A stretch of 64,000 nucleotides of DNA. Source: Obrimoposthia wandeli. Its lineage: Eukaryota. A model generated the notes under the pieces. It saw only the letters and a program-made list of their open reading frames with translations, was not told the origin of the DNA and made no database searches. Shown here in pieces: positions 1-12,330 of this stretch. Position 1 is the first letter of the stretch. Every line of letters starts with the position of its first letter. Location of the stretch: the NCBI GenBank assembly GCA_977020255.1, contig CDROCS010000184.1, positions 62,001 through 126,000 of the forward strand. Reading direction: 5' to 3'. The position numbers and the translations under genes are program-made.

Positions 1-3000
1 AGTTGAATTATATATTAAAATATTAAATTGATATTCGAATGTACGAATGAATGTTATGGAACGAGTAAAGAGTTTTATTATTATTTAAATGTATGTATGA
101 ACTTTGTTAATTGGGTTCAGTGCAAGTATGAGATAATAAAAATATGTGAAAAGTACTTCTTAATTAATATAATTGATTTCAGATTACCAATGTTTTTCAT
201 TGATTATAGGTATTATTTGTATAATTCGCTGACAAGCATATAATTTGTGCTTATTCTTTTAAAATTTGCTTTGTAATTGTTGATTTTAAAATATTTTGTC
301 ATTGTTGGTAGACAAAAATTACTAGCATTAAAAGGCACATTTTTAAATTAAATATATGTATAACATGTTTAACTTAGAGTTAAAATAATTGATATTAGTG
401 TTTGAATATACATTTATATAAATACATCAATAGTGAAAAAAGAAAACGAGTTGTAATTTAAAAATATGTTTAAGAACTTTTTTTCAAAATTTTAGTTTTA
501 AAACAAAACGAACATGAACATTTAACACCAAATTTGTAAAAATATACAGTTAACTGTAAATGTAAAAATATAATACAAGTTAGTTAATATCTTATGTTGT
601 ATTATTCTTTATTCTTAACTAAAGTGTGTAATTTAGATTTTCTTTAAACCTGAGTATTTTTTAAATTATTTATCAATATTACACATCATTTTATTTTTTT
701 AAATAAATTAAACGATAATGAATATTAAAGGATATGTTTCAGAAATTAAATATAATATGTTTTATTTTTAAAAATATTTTATTTTATGTTTAACTCCAAT
801 TTTGAGTTTACAATACATTATATTTGTATTTTAAAACAATAAAAACCATGCAAAACCAGCGAAAATTTAAATATTTTAAAAAATAGTTGATTTTTGAATT
901 TCTAATCCAAAATTTGCTTTATTTAATAAGCTGAACTTTCATATTATTTTAATTATATTTTGTTGTAAATTAAAATTTGTTCAACTCTAAAAAATATCAG
1001 TAAAATAATTTAACATAAATTTTAGTTTTAAAAAAATTATAAAAATTTATTGCTAAAATTTATTAAATCTAAACAATTAAATCATTGCGGTGATTTAAAT
1101 ATTTATTTTAGAAAAGTATATGTAATTACCATAAAGGTAAAGTTAAGCTCATCTTTAATAGACGAACTCATCATGAAATAAAAAAGCTTGTTTGTTCTGA
1201 TTATTATCTTTATCTTGTAGATGTCAATAAATAAATGGTTGAACCCAAAGTATCTAAACAAATATCTACTTGAATCTTTTAATTCTAACCTTTTTTGATG
1301 TTTTCATCTATGGTTGACCATACCATTATTGTTGAACTTGCCTTCTAAAGATGAACCCTATCAGATACTCAAGCCTTGAAATAAAAAAGGCATTTATGTC
1401 AACACTTTCATCTATGGTTGACTACAATCCTTTAACTGTGTTACCCAACCGTAGACGGTCACAACCAGGCCCTGTAAGAGCCACTTGGAGGCCCATGTCA
1501 GGTTATATATGTTTTCCTTTATACTGAAAAATTAAAATTTGTACGTATTTATTGATCCGAAATAAAATAAAAATCAGATTCAAAATTTCAAAACACTAAA
1601 ACTAAATGTTTAAAAAAATAAACCGACCTTGTTTATTTTTTAATATTTATTATCAATAGTAAAAGATAAAATAAAACAATTACCTGTATTTTAAATTTTT
1701 TGGATTTTAAAAAATACAATTATAGAGTTGGATTCAGTGTTTAAACAAAATACTTCAATAGCACTATTTTTAAAATTTTTACAAACTAAATTTGTTAATA
1801 TTTATTAACACTATTTATTACTTACTTTTTAGTAGCTAACTAACAACTGTTACATACATTTTTATACGCAAAAAAGATTGGAATCATGATTGCATACTAT
1901 TGTTTTAAATTTTTCTTTAAAATTTTGAATTCATAAAATGATAAAACATATAACGTACCGCAAAATTTTCTAAGTCTGAAAGTTTTGCAGATTTTGAGTT
2001 CTAAACGTAAAATTTATAAATCAAATTTGTGTCGGCAGTTAGTTGTTCAACGAAAAAAATATTTGAGGCAAGTGAAAGTAGAATTACGCCAAAAATTAGG
2101 GCCTCTCATAGTTGTATTAGATTTTATATCTAAATTTTGGAGGCCCCTTGAATTCAGAGGCCCATGACTACTCCCATGGGATATTACATAATCACTACTG
2201 AGATATAAACATTTACTTCTGGGTGTTGTGCGCGCACATGAGTAGGGGCAATCCAAACTAAATAACTCACTCCTTCCATCTACTTTTTTAAAATTTAATA
2301 TATAACAAATGTAATTCTATCTTTTATTGTTAATTTTTATAAATTCTAAAACTTCTATTTACAACTGTTTTTATTGTATGCTTGTGTACTGTCGTTATAA
2401 TGATTTCATAAACATATCCATGTTTAACCATAAAAACGACAATACTGTTTTAAATGAAAACGAAAGTATACTTTAAGTATACTCAAGGACTAGTTTGTCG
2501 AAAGTATCAACACCGCCATTTATTTCGTTTTAGTATTGATTTATTACAGAAATCACCTAGTCATCTTCTCTTTTGATGTTGGCATCATAATGCATAGTGG
2601 ACATAAATATAACTGCTTTGCCCGATTTTGTAAAGTGACATGCAATAGTAATATGTTTTTGAAATTCAAATATTGTTGATACTTCCCGTTTTCTGTTCGG
2701 TAGAAATTCGACTGGTACACAAGCTTTGTTCTTTCATAAAGTTCCTACTAGAGTGAGGAGTTGGACTTTCAACTAAATCTGTGCTAGTGAAATAATTGTC
2801 ATTGCGATATTGCGATGCATTATGGTATGCAAATGGTCGACAAAGCACTTCAACAACTTTTTTAGTAAGTCCTACTGTACTTTTGTAGTTTTCCTTTCCA
2901 GTATATATGTTGGGTCTTTAATTAAAATTAATTAATTAAATTACAGTCAATTTAAATTGACATTTTATAAAATTATCTAAAGTGCCCACAATTATGGAGG

Positions 3001-3014
3001 TTTATCAAATTTCA

Positions 3015-3066
3015 GCCTCCGACGGGTTGTTAGCCCGTTTCGCCCTGCCGGGCTCGTCAGGAAGGC
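3015..3066 (-). ncRNA. Type I hammerhead ribozyme, intact core
   Basis: Minus strand reads GCCUUC-CUGACGA-GCCC(GGCA)GGGC-GAAA-CGGG(CUAACAA)CCCG-UC|GGAGGC: complete catalytic core, stems II and III perfect, 6-bp stem I with one GU, GUC cleavage between 3021 and 3020. Confidence 0.9.
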
Positions 3067-3857
3067 GGCGGTAAAAAATGCAATTTTGACAGCAGATTAT
3101 TTTCCGCCCAGTCTCTTCTGCCAGCAACAATTTGCGGCATTCCCTGCCGTTCTTCCCTCGACAACGTGATAGCGGTCGCAGTGGTCAACGGCGACTGCTA
3201 CACACCCGATCCCAGCGTTGCTGATCTTTTTCCCGGCTACCCACTCTCACTTGCAGCAGCCAGACAAAATTCCTTTGAGGGCGAGTGCGCACAATTTTTC
3301 CACGCCGGGGAGGGCCCAAATCGGACTGTATCGGTCGCGACCAGAAGTGAACTTTTGTGCTGTCACGGCCCATATCCTCCTCTTCCCGCACAACTCTTGG
3401 AGATGGCAGGCGAGACCCCGACAACATGCCTAACTCTCGTTAATTTGACAATAATGTGTATGTCCGTTTTGTTTAGTGATGGACTATAAATTGACCGTTC
3501 TGTTGGAAATTAGACAAGGTGTGTTTATTTTTCTCAACAGCGGTCTAATGTGTTTCCCCAATCTCCCTACCAGCAGACTCCTCTTTATACATCTCCCTAC
3601 TGATAATATGTATGTGTCTCTGCGCTGCCTGACAAATTCCCTGGCCAACCAGCATGCACAAATCATATATGTGCCCATTTTTCTATTTATAGATCAGCCT
3701 GCTGATCCTCTCTCTTATTGGAAATGTGTCATGACATTTAGACGATTGCTATTTATAGCAATCGTCGATTCGGATCAAACACAAATTTATCTCTATTTCA
3801 TTTTTCATACAGTCAAATATATCTCGGATCTACAAAAATTATCGTTCAGATTTATTG

Positions 3858-4035
3858 AAAACTTTTATGCTTACCAATATATGAATTGAAAACTTTTATG
3901 CTTACAAATATATGAATTGAAAACGTTTATGCTTACAAATATATGAATTGAAAATTTTTATGCTTACAAATATATGAATTGAAAACGTTTATGCTTACAA
4001 ATATATGAATTGAAAACTTTTATGCTTACAAATAT
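3858..4035. repeat. 31-bp tandem repeat, about 5.7 copies, inside LTR A
   Basis: Unit AAAACTTTTATGCTTACAAATATATGAATTG repeated with 1-2 substitutions. Confidence 0.95.
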
Positions 4036-4575
4036 AAATATTTAATTTTGAATTATTTGATCGTTTCTTCAACAAAGAGTTGGATAGCATTGTTGCTATA
4101 ACCAAATATATCATCGAATATTTCATTCTGACACAAAATATATTGGAAAAAATTACAATTTGAATTTCATACAATTTATTTGGACAATATCGTTATCCAT
4201 TATATAACATATATAAAATAAAGGATACGAGTTTTCAGAGTCGCATAACCACATTATTTTATGCCATATATATCAGGCTTAGATGGCATATATTGAAAAA
4301 TAGGAAAGTTGCTGAAGTACGAAGATATTTTCTCCTTGTATATTTTCCTTTCCGAAATTATGGTAAAATATTTAAAATTTTTAGTTTTCGAACTAAATAA
4401 CTGGCAAACACTGAAATATAATACTAATTTGCTAATAGTTGAAAAATTATCCATTTCCTGAATTTATCTCGTTTTTTTATTAGACGCGGCTAAAAAGTAT
4501 ACTATTGTCCATGCGTTTAAATTTTTTTAATAGTTTAAATATGATATTGAGTTTGAACACCGAATAAACAATTTA

Positions 4576-4774
4576 AATAGTTATTCTATTTGTTAATTCA
4601 ATAAAAAAATTAATTATATTGAACCTTAAAATGATTGAAACAATTTATTAATATTTAGTTTTATTATTTGAAAAAATAGTTATTCTATTTGTTAATTCAA
4701 TAAAAAAATTAATTATATTGAACCTTAAAATGATTGAAACAATTTATTAATATTTAGTTTTATTATTTGAAAAA
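4576..4774. repeat. 99-bp tandem duplication
   Basis: AATAGTTATTCTATTTGTTAATTC...TTTGAAAAA occurs twice (starts 4576 and 4675). Confidence 0.9.
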
Positions 4775-6940
4775 AATTACTATAACTTATTTTTTACTTA
4801 TGTAGAAATAATTGTTTCTAAACTAGCTTCGTTTGAAATTTTGATAATTTAAAAGCAACTAAATGACTCATTTTATCATTTAGTTCAAAATTTTTCATGT
4901 TTAAAATGTATTAGCTTTATGAGTGATAAAAATGACATCCTTTAATTATTTATTTTTATTTAAAATTAATTTTTAATATTCAAAGGGGCTTGGTTTTATA
5001 TATTCCCTTATAAATGTAAAATAATTTGATAAATTTAGAAAATATTTAGTGAATAAAATTTGAAAATTAGATTGTATTTAACTATTTTATAAACGTTTTT
5101 AATGTACAACAGCTCTGAATCCGACTGGAAAATGAAAATGTAAATTAAAATACATATAAATTTTAGTAAAATCTAATATACATACATTACTGACAGTAGT
5201 AAATATAAAATTAACTTCTACTCAACTGAAGTTGAAACTATCATCATTCTATGTAATTATTTATCATATTTTATATAGCAAGTATATACTGTTATATGCT
5301 GACTGTTATTCATCGTAATAATCCATTTATTTTGTGTTTTAATTGTAAATATTGTTTCGTTACAAACTCCATCGAATTTTTCTATTGTTCACTAGTTTCA
5401 AGATAAAAACTTTATTTGAGAAATAAACCAAATTTAATGGAATATATTTTTCATATATTCTGTGGTTTAAAGTCTATCAAATATAAACTCGTTTCTTGAC
5501 GTGATATTTTGTTGTCTCTTTAATTAACTTTTATTTGTTTGTTTATTTAATAATACTTTCTAAGAATGATGTATAGAAAATATTAAAGTCTCATGTACTG
5601 AAGAAACAAATCAATGTAGAAAATTATTCCTATTTTTTTACAAGATTGGTTTCGTTTATATCAAGATTTTCTTTATCTTCTGTAACATTTTCCAGCAGAT
5701 ATAAAACTTCTACGCTATTTTGAATATTTCGCAAAAAGTATACCAATGTTAATTACCTATTATTTAAAAACAAGATTTTTTAATAAATACCACGTGATAC
5801 CAGATATATTGTAAGATATAATATTAATAACCATATAACCATAATAACTAGCTGATTTACTGATTTTTAAAATGATTTAAAATTTATCCAAAGTAACTAC
5901 TTCCGTGATAGAACCACAGCTCACACTGTATTGACGTTTAAATGTACAGTTATAAAATATAATTATAAATATGTAAAACTAAAAAGAAAACTGAATTAAC
6001 TTGTAATAATAATATTTGTTTAGCAAAATTATAAAAATAAAATTTAGGACTTAATAATTCGTCATTTTACTTTAATTTGTATTATCTGATAATAAAACTA
6101 TTTTACAAACCGTTATTTATTAGTTTAATTAAATAAATTAAAAAATAACAAAATATCTTAGACTTATAGTTATTTGAAATAAATATTTTAATAATATTAT
6201 AAAACAGAAATATATAAAAATGTTTAAACTATTTAATAAAATGGAATATTTTAATTCTTCAATTGAGGTTAACAATAATTTGATTTTAAATTAAAATAAT
6301 AATATTTTAAATTTAATCATGTTAAAATAATTTTAGACCTTAACAAATTTCATAAAAGTTCCTCTAAAAATTCATTGTTGATAGCGTAGAAGTATTATAT
6401 GTGCCCATTTTCCTCATCATCATTTGAATTATCTGCCACAAAATATTTAAAACTTAACGATTTTTTTCCATTTTCCAAATTTTTATTTTGTAAATGTTAG
6501 ACATTTATAGTGTATTTATTTGTACAAAAAGGGAAATGAATTCTTTTTTTATTATATCTTATGTAAACTAATAATTTTCATGTCTACATATACAGTAAAT
6601 TTTCTCAAATTCCCTTGTTCTGGTATTTGCCAATTCCGTTATATGACAAATTTTTCAAAATTTTCTAGGTATTACATTGTAAACTTTCTATTATTTACCA
6701 TGTTTGAGTTTGTTTTAATATTTAATTTTTAAAGAGAATTTCAAAAATAAATAGATATATAGATTAAAATTTGGTAGAAAGGAAAATAATAATTAAACCA
6801 AGTAAAAAATACATCCGTTTGACATTTGAAAAAAAAATGCAGATACCTAATTACAAGAAGAACAATATGAGTGTATCTGATGAGATAATAAAGCAGAAAA
6901 ATTCTCAAATAAATAGAACGTAGACGTAAAACGCCGTACA

Positions 6941-7190
6941 GTGAATAATTTAATAAACAACGATGAGAATATCCGCCAAATTGCTGCAAATGAAAATCCA
7001 TGTTATAAAAGAGTGGTCAACCTCAACTATCCAGAATTGGAAAGTAAATTAAAGTCTTGGATTGATGAAATTGAAATAAAAAGTGCAGTTTTAAATAATG
7101 GACTATTATATAAAAAATCTTCAGAATTTACAAAAGAACTTGAAATTATTGGCTTTAAAAACTCATCGGGCTGGTTAAAAATTTAAGAAG
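6941..7190 (+). pseudogene. pogo/Tigger-like transposase fragment (CENP-B/Tc5 HTH)
   Basis: YPELESKLKSWIDE...LLYKKSSEFTKELEIIGFKNSSGWL matches the CENP-B-type HTH pattern (yPeLE.aL..W...FkaS.GWL); no DDE domain seen. Confidence 0.75.
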
Positions 7191-8349
7191 TGAAATGGAT
7201 ATGAATGAGGTTTTTTAAATATTTTATTAAAAAGGCTGAAATATTCGATCCATTACATGAAAATGAATTTATTGACTTATGGAAAATGATGAAATAGTTT
7301 ATGAAACGTCTGCATCAAATAATGCTGTGGATAATTATGAAAACATTTCAGAATTTTCTGATGAGAATTAAAAAAACTGTTATCACATGAGAGTTTTAAG
7401 CTTTCTATTAAAAACATTGAAGATTACCTAAATCAACAGGTTGAGTAAGATGAAATTTAGAAAGGATCTGATGAAATATAATATAAAGAAGCAAGTTATG
7501 TCAATTTCAGAGAAAGGGCTGTTAGCATATTTTAAATCATATTTTGGTTTTAATTTTTCTTCGTTCTTTATTTTTTGATACAATAAATTTTACTTACTTA
7601 TGTATTACGTAATCTAGTTATTACAATATAAATATTATATTAATTGTCAAATTCTATTATTTTCCACAAATTAACATGGTTCCAAAATAGCGAATTTTGG
7701 AAAATTTACTGTACTTCTTTTATTAATAGAACTTAAGGTTAATAAATTTATAAATAAAAAATTCTCCAAAAAATGTAAAGCTTATTTTCACAATGTACTG
7801 CATTTTATATCAATTGAACGAATAAAGAACCTAAACATACTAAAGATTTATGATTTTTTTAATTAGAAAATTTTAAGAGTTCATTTTATTGCAAGATTTC
7901 AAACGACTTACAATTAAAAGACAATTAAAAAGCATTAAAATCATCATAAATTTATATTATTTAGACATTATATTTCAATTGAAAATATTTTATATTAATA
8001 TACACTATGCTCTGTTCTAAATCTTTAGTGCGACCTTAAATTTTCTATTCTTTTGATTAATTACTTCAGAAATTTTATTTAACATTAAAAATGTTCGTCC
8101 AACTTTAGAACAACCCTTTAAATTTCTGTTTTATTTATTAATAAAATGTCTAATAACATCAAATAATATTTAATACTTATATAGCTTTCCCTAAATTTAA
8201 AATGATTTCGTATAAACGATTATTAAAACTGGCGTTAATTATACTTCCATCCTCGAATCATTGCATCCTGCAGGCAATCTAAGTTCTCATAAACTTTCCC
8301 ATTTTTGTAGGTTTTTGTGGCCATAATCATCCACACATTTTTAATGATA

Positions 8350-9700
8350 TTTATTCTTTCGTCCTACGTGTGCCGGTACATTGTCTTGTTGAAGTACCAT
8401 CGAAACGGGACTAAATATAGATAATAAAGCCTCCTCCAAAATATTAGTATAATTTTGACTATATTTTTCAGGAAAACAAGTAACATGTATCCTGGTGAAA
8501 ACATAGCACAACACAACAATACCAGGAGTGTATATAGAGACCGGGTATGTTTCACCTTACACTCGTTTGCCTTACCAAGGATATCGTAGACCATCTGGGT
8601 CTTTATTAGTGAACCGAATTTAATTGCTGAATTACACCCTTTTCAAACATAAAATTTGAAAAATCAATTCTTTTTTACTGATGAAATCTCGACACACTGG
8701 GTCGTTTTTGCTTCTTACCGTCGTGGTAAGTTGTTGTGTTATTTACTTTCTGTCTTTTGGTATCATTTCTAGCTTTTTGAATAAGTTGGGAATCCACATG
8801 TACAGATTCAGCAAAAACGGAGTCAAATGTTTGAAGTCTACAATGAGTCTTCTGAGATGCGAGTTGGCCTTCGTAACCATTCTCACTTGAGAGCAGAGGG
8901 GGCCCTTTGTTGACTTCTCAATGATAACTGCGTATAAAAGTACTTAACACATGCGTTGATATAGATTTTCTCTTCTGGTTCATTATAGATTTTCTTTCTT
9001 TCCCTTGACGCTTCTGTAGTGGTGTACGGTACATATCCTTTCTCTGCCTTCACCTGCATTCTTCCATCAAGATCCACGTCACTATAGCTGTCTGGCATCT
9101 GAAAAGTTTCATCTGGCATACTTTTTCTATAAGCTTCTTGAAGGCTAGGCTGATCTGGAGGCTTTATTTTTCTCTGTTGTTTTCTGTAATCTTGCCAACC
9201 GCTGGAGTCGTTGTGAAAACCGCTGCTTCTTATTCTTCAGCTGGTTGGTTTTTATTCTCGGTAATGGCAAGGATTTTCTCTTGGTTTCCGGCTTCGAGCA
9301 GCCCGTTGGCTAAAGTAGACTGAAAGTATCCTTCGATCACTTGCCTCGATAACACTGGTAGAGCTGTTTGGTTACACTCATTGGCTGACATGATTTTGAT
9401 CAGCATGTAATCCCTCCACCAGTGCATGTATAAGGGATTACTATGGGCACCCAGTATCACCAGCAGCTGGCTCACGTCCACGGCATCTCATCGTGAAGAT
9501 ACCTCTACTCCGTGTGTGCTGTCGTCCGCTTGAACTTGCCATCTTCCTTGCCTGGTAACGGGCAATCTGGTCTGGTGGTATAACAGCAATTCAAACGAGG
9601 TTTGATGCTCTGGCTTCTGTGGCTGCCCATCCGATTGAGACTGCGCTGTAGAGCATTGCGACTCTGTTGGCGATATGCTCCTCGATGGTACTGTACTCCC
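8350..9700 (-). pseudogene. Decayed coding-like island of unknown identity
   Basis: GC clearly above flanks; several 70-85 aa open stretches on the minus strand broken by stops; no motif recognised. Confidence 0.35.
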
Positions 9701-11989
9701 TTATCTTCTTTGTATTAGTATTATTACTTATTGAAATTCCTAATTTTCCCCAAAATTCTTATTATCAATATGAAACAAGACTTACCTACCCCACGTAATC
9801 ATATTGTATTGCTGATCTGAACTGTCACTGTATTTTTTACGTGTAACAAATTGTTTTATGTATTTTAATAACAGTTTAATTTGAATAAATATATTTTTAC
9901 TATTTGGATTTTGTGAAATTCGAACAGAGAAGAAGATAAATTGTTGATACATTTTTGGGGATATATTTAGTAAACATAGGACTGAGGCGTCCATAGATAA
10001 ACTAAAAACTCATCGTTACAATAATATAAAACATATTACCTTAAGATTTTTGAGATTATTCAAAATTGGCCTTCACACAAGTACTATACCTCTTAAAAAC
10101 TTACGCACCAGAGGCTTCCAAAGAAGTGATACAACTGGTCCTAATATAAAATATAATTGAACTGTAAAGTATTGTTTCAAGCATCAATGTAACATCAATC
10201 TAAAATGTAACAGTATATCCTGCTTCTATGATCAACTATTTAATTTTTAATTTAAACCTTAATTGTGTTTAGTGTTATTATTTTGATGTTAGTTATGTAA
10301 ACTAATTTTACTATATGGTATGTTGATTAGGGTGGAGCGAAATATTTTTTTTTACAAACTCTCCGTAATAGTGCGGAAAAGGTGCCCTTACATATAAAAA
10401 ATAACTTATGAAAATTGTATGTCGTTGGGTCAATATTATCAGCTGCCCCTAAGGTTTTGAAAATTTTAAAAAATGTGAAAATAACGATTTTTTTACTATT
10501 TTTAAAAATATGTTTCTGAACTTAGTTATCTTTATAATAGCGTGTAATTTGTTCTACTATACTTGAGGAACAAGATATCTTTTCAGGGAACAATAAAAAT
10601 AATAAATTAATGTGCCCCTATGACTTTAAAAAAGATAAAATTGATCAAAATTTACTTATTTTCATATTTTTTTGTTTCTGGGAATAATTGTCATTCATAA
10701 TGTGGTAACATTGTTGATGTATCCGATATCATTTCGTGAAATATACAGACATTCTTTTTTGCATTTAAATAATTTATATTGCTATAGTGGTGATGGTATG
10801 TTAAGCGTGAGGACTGATAATCTGTCAGGAAATTCGGTAGAAGACCATTCTGAAATTTCGGAAGCTATTCAAAACGTTTTTGTAGGCCAGGAAATGCGAA
10901 GATTTATAGTACAAAGATTTGCATACTCTTCTCTGGAGAGTGTATGAAAGAATCCATTGTTTTGCTGTAATCTTCTTTAATCTTTTAAATTTAAACTGCA
11001 ATTATATTAATGAATCTGAACAACTATCTCCACTATATTTTTAACTAAAATTCACAAAATAATTATAGTAAAATTTAAAATGGACTAACTTTTTTAAAAC
11101 ATTCGCTTCACTTGATTAAGTTTTCAATTGAGATATTGCTTCATATGTAACAGATCCAAATACTTTTTCCAAATAGCTTTTTGCGGTGATTTTATGTTTA
11201 TAAACATTACATTTTAGTTTGGAGACTGTAAATTTCTAATAATAATTCGCCAATCCTATTAATTCAAAGGAATTTCTATTCCTGAATGTTTCGCATAATT
11301 TTCTATTAATTTGTAATTCGTCCTTTTTTAGTGCCCAACATATTATTTATATGGCAATATTAATAGATTAATTCGTCTGATTACTTTTGTGTAAAATCCA
11401 AATCAAAGTTGTAAGTTAAAATATGGTTATTTCATTTTTCTTGTTAATTTACTTTATTACCTTGCAGGAATTTATCTGAAGTTTAGCTGCTATAATTTAT
11501 ATACACTTTGTATGTTTATAATTTTTAATATAATTTCTAATATATGACTTGAAATAGTAGCTACGTGAAGCCCCAGACCAACACAAACTTAACTATGCGG
11601 TCCTTGGGAGAACTGAGTTTAAAATGACTCATCTAAGTAGTAAGGTGGTATTTTCTGTTTTGATAAAAGTCTATGACATGACTGTTACATTCTCGTATAT
11701 CTTTATTTATTTGATTATTCATTGTAATGTTTTTGTCGAGGATGCAACAAATGTTTGACTTCTTTTTTACATTGATAATATTTTCAGAGGCATCCATCAA
11801 ACTTTATTTTTAATATAATACAGTTTATGCAAATAATACATTTTTCATTTTCATAAATAATCAATTCTCTTGACTTCATCTAAAAGAATTTCCTTATTTC
11901 ATTAGCTATTTCATTAAAAAGAATTTCCATTTCAGAAAATGTGATTTCATAGTCATTAGAATTAAAATCAAAATATAGGTGGAAATGAA

Positions 11990-12330
11990 TATTACATTTC
12001 TTATTAATCAAATTCTGAGTAACACCGCAGTTTAAGTATTCATTATCTGAGAAAGTGTCATCAATTATAACATATTATTTTTACAGAAGTAAATAACTTT
12101 TCAACCAACTCAGTTCCTTTCCATTGATTATTTTAATAATATTTCATAATTTAACAGTGTCAAATGCGGAAGATAGATCTAATAGTATCATAAGAACACA
12201 TTTTCTATTATTTAAAGATATATCCACACATGTTTTAAACTAACCGACGTCGTTACAGTTGAAATTCTATAAGCTGATTTGAAAGCATGAATGAATAATC
12301 AATAATATGGAAATTCTGATGATGAAAAAT
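11990..12330 (-). pseudogene. Non-LTR retrotransposon (CR1/L2/Jockey-like) RT fragment
   Basis: Minus strand at about 12154-12190 reads ILLDLSSAFDTV, followed by LSWLKSYL and GVTQ; heavily decayed. Confidence 0.7.

Larger units (their letters stand above)
2908..4209 (-). mobile_element. Solo LTR-like element A (TGTTGGG...TAACA) carrying a hammerhead ribozyme
   Basis: Starts TG at 2908 and ends CA at 4209, flanked by TATA (2904-2907, 4210-4213). Removing it rejoins the piggyBac motif YPL..IYTGK. Shares sequence blocks with 39534-40350. The minus strand has a tandem array then CTATAAATAG TATA-like boxes (about 3751-3760, 3683-3692). Confidence 0.8.
2400..4330 (-). pseudogene. piggyBac transposase remnant, split by a solo LTR (2908-4209)
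   Basis: Minus-strand fragments read QYMPSKPDIYGIK / MWLCDSENSYPL (4330-4215). Past the insertion they continue IYTGKENYKSTVGLTKKVVEVL, DNYFTSTDL, VGTL*KNKAC, AVIFMSTMH and GGVDTFDKL, which are colinear piggyBac DDD-domain motifs with stops and frameshifts. Confidence 0.85.

Noticed and set aside
1466-2170. GGAGGCCC/GGGCCC motifs suggesting a hAT MITE
   Set aside because: No clear TIR pair or 8-bp TSD could be established.
3858-4035. Repeat array as CRISPR
   Set aside because: Head-to-tail units with no spacers, in a eukaryotic context.
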